A model generated the notes under the pieces. The model was not told the DNA's origin, made no database searches, and worked only from the letters and a program-made list of their open reading frames with translations. Shown piece after piece: positions 47,520 to 50,077 of a stretch of 50,077 nt of DNA (positions within the stretch are counted from its first letter, which is position 1; each line of letters opens with the position of its first letter). The translations under genes were made by a program, and so were the position numbers. The stretch lies in the sequence record DRR723986_593. The stretch is one strand, 5' to 3'.

Positions 47520-48590
47520 ATGTATCCGTCATCCAACCGCCTCTTTTGGCCCATCCGGCTGTCCTGGTTTGCTGCGTCACTTGCCGGTGTCTTAGGGCTC
47601 GCGTCAAGTGCGCTTGCCGAGGACACACTTCGCTACGGGCCGGGTGTCACCAAGATCACCGTCGAAGATGCGCGCAAAGACCGGCCCCTTGAAGGTGACA
47701 TCTGGTATCCAACCGCAACACCAGACATTCTGCCCCGGGCAGACACGAGCAAAGTCTGGCAAATGGCGCTGGCCGATCCTGACGGCAAAGCCGCCGAAGG
47801 CAGATTTCCGCTTGTGGTCGTGTCGCACGGCATGTACGGCAACACGTTGAACCAAGCCTGGCTCGGCTCCGAACTTGCCCGACGTGGCTATTACGTTGCC
47901 ATGGTCAATCATCCGGGCACCAGCTCGTTCCTGCGCGATCCCGACCAGACCCGCAAGCTCTGGGACAGACCCGTCGACCTGTCTCGCCTTATCAGCTTCC
48001 TGCTCGAGGACAGCCCTTACAAGGACAGGATAGACCCGGAACGGATCTATGCGGCCGGCCATTCCCTTGGCGGTTTCACAGTCCTGCTTTTAGCTGGCGC
48101 TGAATTCGAACCTGACCGGTATGAGCGTGAGTGTTCGGGTGAGGAACTGCCGGTTGCCTGCCAGGTGCTGACCGGTTGGTCCATCGCGAAAACGGAGGCC
48201 GACCGGAGCGAGATGGCAAAATCCCGCAAGGACCCACGGCTGACCAAGGTCATCAGCCTGGATCTTGGCGGAACGCCGGTCCTTTCCCGCGACAGCCTGA
48301 GCGCCATAGACATCCCGGTTCTCGTTCTGGGTTCGCAGCGTGCCGACATGCTGAACCAAGAGATTGAGTCGCGCGCGCTGGCCACTGCTCTGCCGGCCGA
48401 CAAGGTCCACCATGTGGAAATGGCTGATGCCGGACATTTCGACTTCATGGGTGTGTGCAAGCCGAAAGGGTTTGCCATCCTGGAAGAATATGAGCCGGGC
48501 GACGAAATCGTATGCATCAAAGGCGGCAAGGAACGCGAAGAGCAGCATCAACGTATCCTGACGGAAATTCTTGCCTTCCTGGAACCTTGA
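47520..48590 (+). CDS. Exported alpha/beta hydrolase (predicted dienelactone hydrolase-like)
   Basis: IWYP, PLVVVSHG, NHPG, nucleophile GHSLGG and AGHFDF. GGAGG SD and signal peptide. Confidence 0.9.
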   Translation: MYPSSNRLFWPIRLSWFAASLAGVLGLASSALAEDTLRYGPGVTKITVEDARKDRPLEGDIWYPTATPDILPRADTSKVWQMALADPDGKAAEGRFPLVVVSHGMYGNTLNQAWLGSELARRGYYVAMVNHPGTSSFLRDPDQTRKLWDRPVDLSRLISFLLEDSPYKDRIDPERIYAAGHSLGGFTVLLLAGAEFEPDRYERECSGEELPVACQVLTGWSIAKTEADRSEMAKSRKDPRLTKVISLDLGGTPVLSRDSLSAIDIPVLVLGSQRADMLNQEIESRALATALPADKVHHVEMADAGHFDFMGVCKPKGFAILEEYEPGDEIVCIKGGKEREEQHQRILTEILAFLEP

Positions 48591-48703
48591 GACAGGGCGC
48601 GGTGGGCTCAAAAGTGCAGCAATGCCACAGCCCGCCGCCCGAACGAGGTTTTGCTCCGGTTTCCACTTGCATCCTTTGGGGCGCTCCGCCAAACATCCGC
48701 CTC

Positions 48704-50077
48704 ATGTTGCAGATTACGGACCTTACATATCGGATCGGAGACCGCCTCCTGATCGACAGAGCCAGCGTTACGCTTCCCGGCAAGGCCAAGACAGGTCTTG
48801 TCGGTCGAAACGGTGCGGGCAAATCAACGCTGTTCAAGATCATCACCGGGGATCTTTCCACCGAGACAGGTTCAGTGCAGATCCCGAAGCGCGCGCGCAT
48901 CGGTCAGGTCGCACAGGAAGCACCGGGGACGGAAGAAACCCTGATGGAAGTGGTGCTGGCCGCAGACAAGGAACGCAGCCAGCTGCTGGCAGAAGCCGAA
49001 ACACAGACAGACCCGGCCCGGATTGCCGAAATCCATACCCGGCTCGCCGACATTGGCGCCCACACGGCTGAAGCCAGGGCAGGCTCGATCCTGTCCGGCC
49101 TTGGCTTTGATGCCGCCGCGCAGCAAAGGCCGTGTTCGTCGTTTTCAGGCGGATGGCGTATGCGCGTTGCCCTGGCTGCGGTTCTTTTTTCCGAACCCGA
49201 CCTTCTTCTGCTCGACGAGCCGACGAACTATCTCGATCTTGAAGGCACGATGTGGCTGGAAAACTATGTTGCCCGCTACCCGCATCAGGTGCTTCTGATC
49301 TCCCACGACAGAGACCTTCTGAACAAGGCTGTCGACAGCATCGTCCATCTCGACCGGGGCAAGATGACCTACTACTCCGGTGGCTATGACAGTTTCGACA
49401 GGCAACGTCGCGAAGCGATGATCCTTGCCGAAAAGGCAAAGGAAAAGCAGGACGCCCAGCGCAAGCACATGCAAGCGTTTGTCGACCGGTTCCGCTACAA
49501 GGCCAGCAAGGCCCGGCAGGCGCAGTCACGCCTGAAAATGCTTGAAAAGATGCAGCCGATTGCCGCCCTCACGGATGAGAGCAGCAAGCCGATCCATTTC
49601 CCCGATCCGGACAGCCAGCTGGCACCGCCCATCCTGAAACTCGAAGGCGTGGCGACCGGCTATGGCGATACCAGGATCCTGTCGCGGCTGACGCTGAATA
49701 TCGACACCGACGACCGGATTGCGCTGCTGGGTGCCAACGGCAACGGCAAGTCGACATTCGCCAAGCTGATCTCCGGACGCCTTGGCGCCATGGATGGTGA
49801 GATCACCAAGGCGTCGAAACTGAAAATCGCCTTCTTCGCGCAGCACCAGCTTGACGAACTCAAGCCTGCTGAAAGCGCCGTTGCGCATGTGCGTGCCCTC
49901 ATGCTGGATGCGCCGGAGGCAAGGGTTCGGGCTCGCGTTGCACGCATGGGGCTTCCGACCGACCGGATGGACACGCCCGCGAAAGACCTGTCTGGTGGTG
50001 AAAAAGCCCGCCTCCTCCTGGGGCTGGCGACATTTGACGGTCCGCATCTGCTGATCCTCGACGAACCGACCAACCAC
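48704..50077 (+). CDS. ABC-F family ATPase (3' end runs off the window)
   Basis: Hand translation gives MLQITDLTYRIG...GRNGAGKST, FSGGWRMR, LLDEPTNYLD, ISHDR, a second GANGNGKST, LSGGEK and DEPTNH. Confidence 0.96.
   Translation, partial: MLQITDLTYRIGDRLLIDRASVTLPGKAKTGLVGRNGAGKSTLFKIITGDLSTETGSVQIPKRARIGQVAQEAPGTEETLMEVVLAADKERSQLLAEAETQTDPARIAEIHTRLADIGAHTAEARAGSILSGLGFDAAAQQRPCSSFSGGWRMRVALAAVLFSEPDLLLLDEPTNYLDLEGTMWLENYVARYPHQVLLISHDRDLLNKAVDSIVHLDRGKMTYYSGGYDSFDRQRREAMILAEKAKEKQDAQRKHMQAFVDRFRYKASKARQAQSRLKMLEKMQPIAALTDESSKPIHFPDPDSQLAPPILKLEGVATGYGDTRILSRLTLNIDTDDRIALLGANGNGKSTFAKLISGRLGAMDGEITKASKLKIAFFAQHQLDELKPAESAVAHVRALMLDAPEARVRARVARMGLPTDRMDTPAKDLSGGEKARLLLGLATFDGPHLLILDEPTNH

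Overview
Chromosomal window of a GC-rich alphaproteobacterium; gene order and protein styles suggest a Roseibium/Labrenzia-like member of the Hyphomicrobiales (inference only). Core genes sit at both ends: partial aspS, rnd, ppx, ppk, hdaA-like, an AI-2E transporter and purM-purN on the left; a molybdopterin oxidoreductase, ndk and a partial ABC-F on the right. About 29 kb of accessory modules with no integrase, transposase or tRNA lie between them. These are: a lone contractile-injection-system-type tail sheath gene with a structured leader; a Na/Pi cotransporter; an iron-type ABC transporter divergent from a methyltransferase, with Irr-like and RirA-like boxes; an orphan FecR-domain protein; a GntR plus a sigma54/NtrC-type ABC and hydantoin/allantoin racemase operon; a LysR plus HAD phosphatase, peptide-family ABC and metallophosphoesterase operon whose binding protein resembles the agrocinopine receptor AccA; a candidate small ORF or sRNA; and a MocR regulator sharing an 11-bp motif with the DUF983 promoter. 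The two strongest leads are the AccA-like sugar-phosphodiester scavenging cluster (25.9-33.9 kb) and the orphan sheath (11.4-13.0 kb). No rRNA, tRNA, CRISPR array or IS element was recognised. All family calls come from motif recognition by eye; no database search was run.
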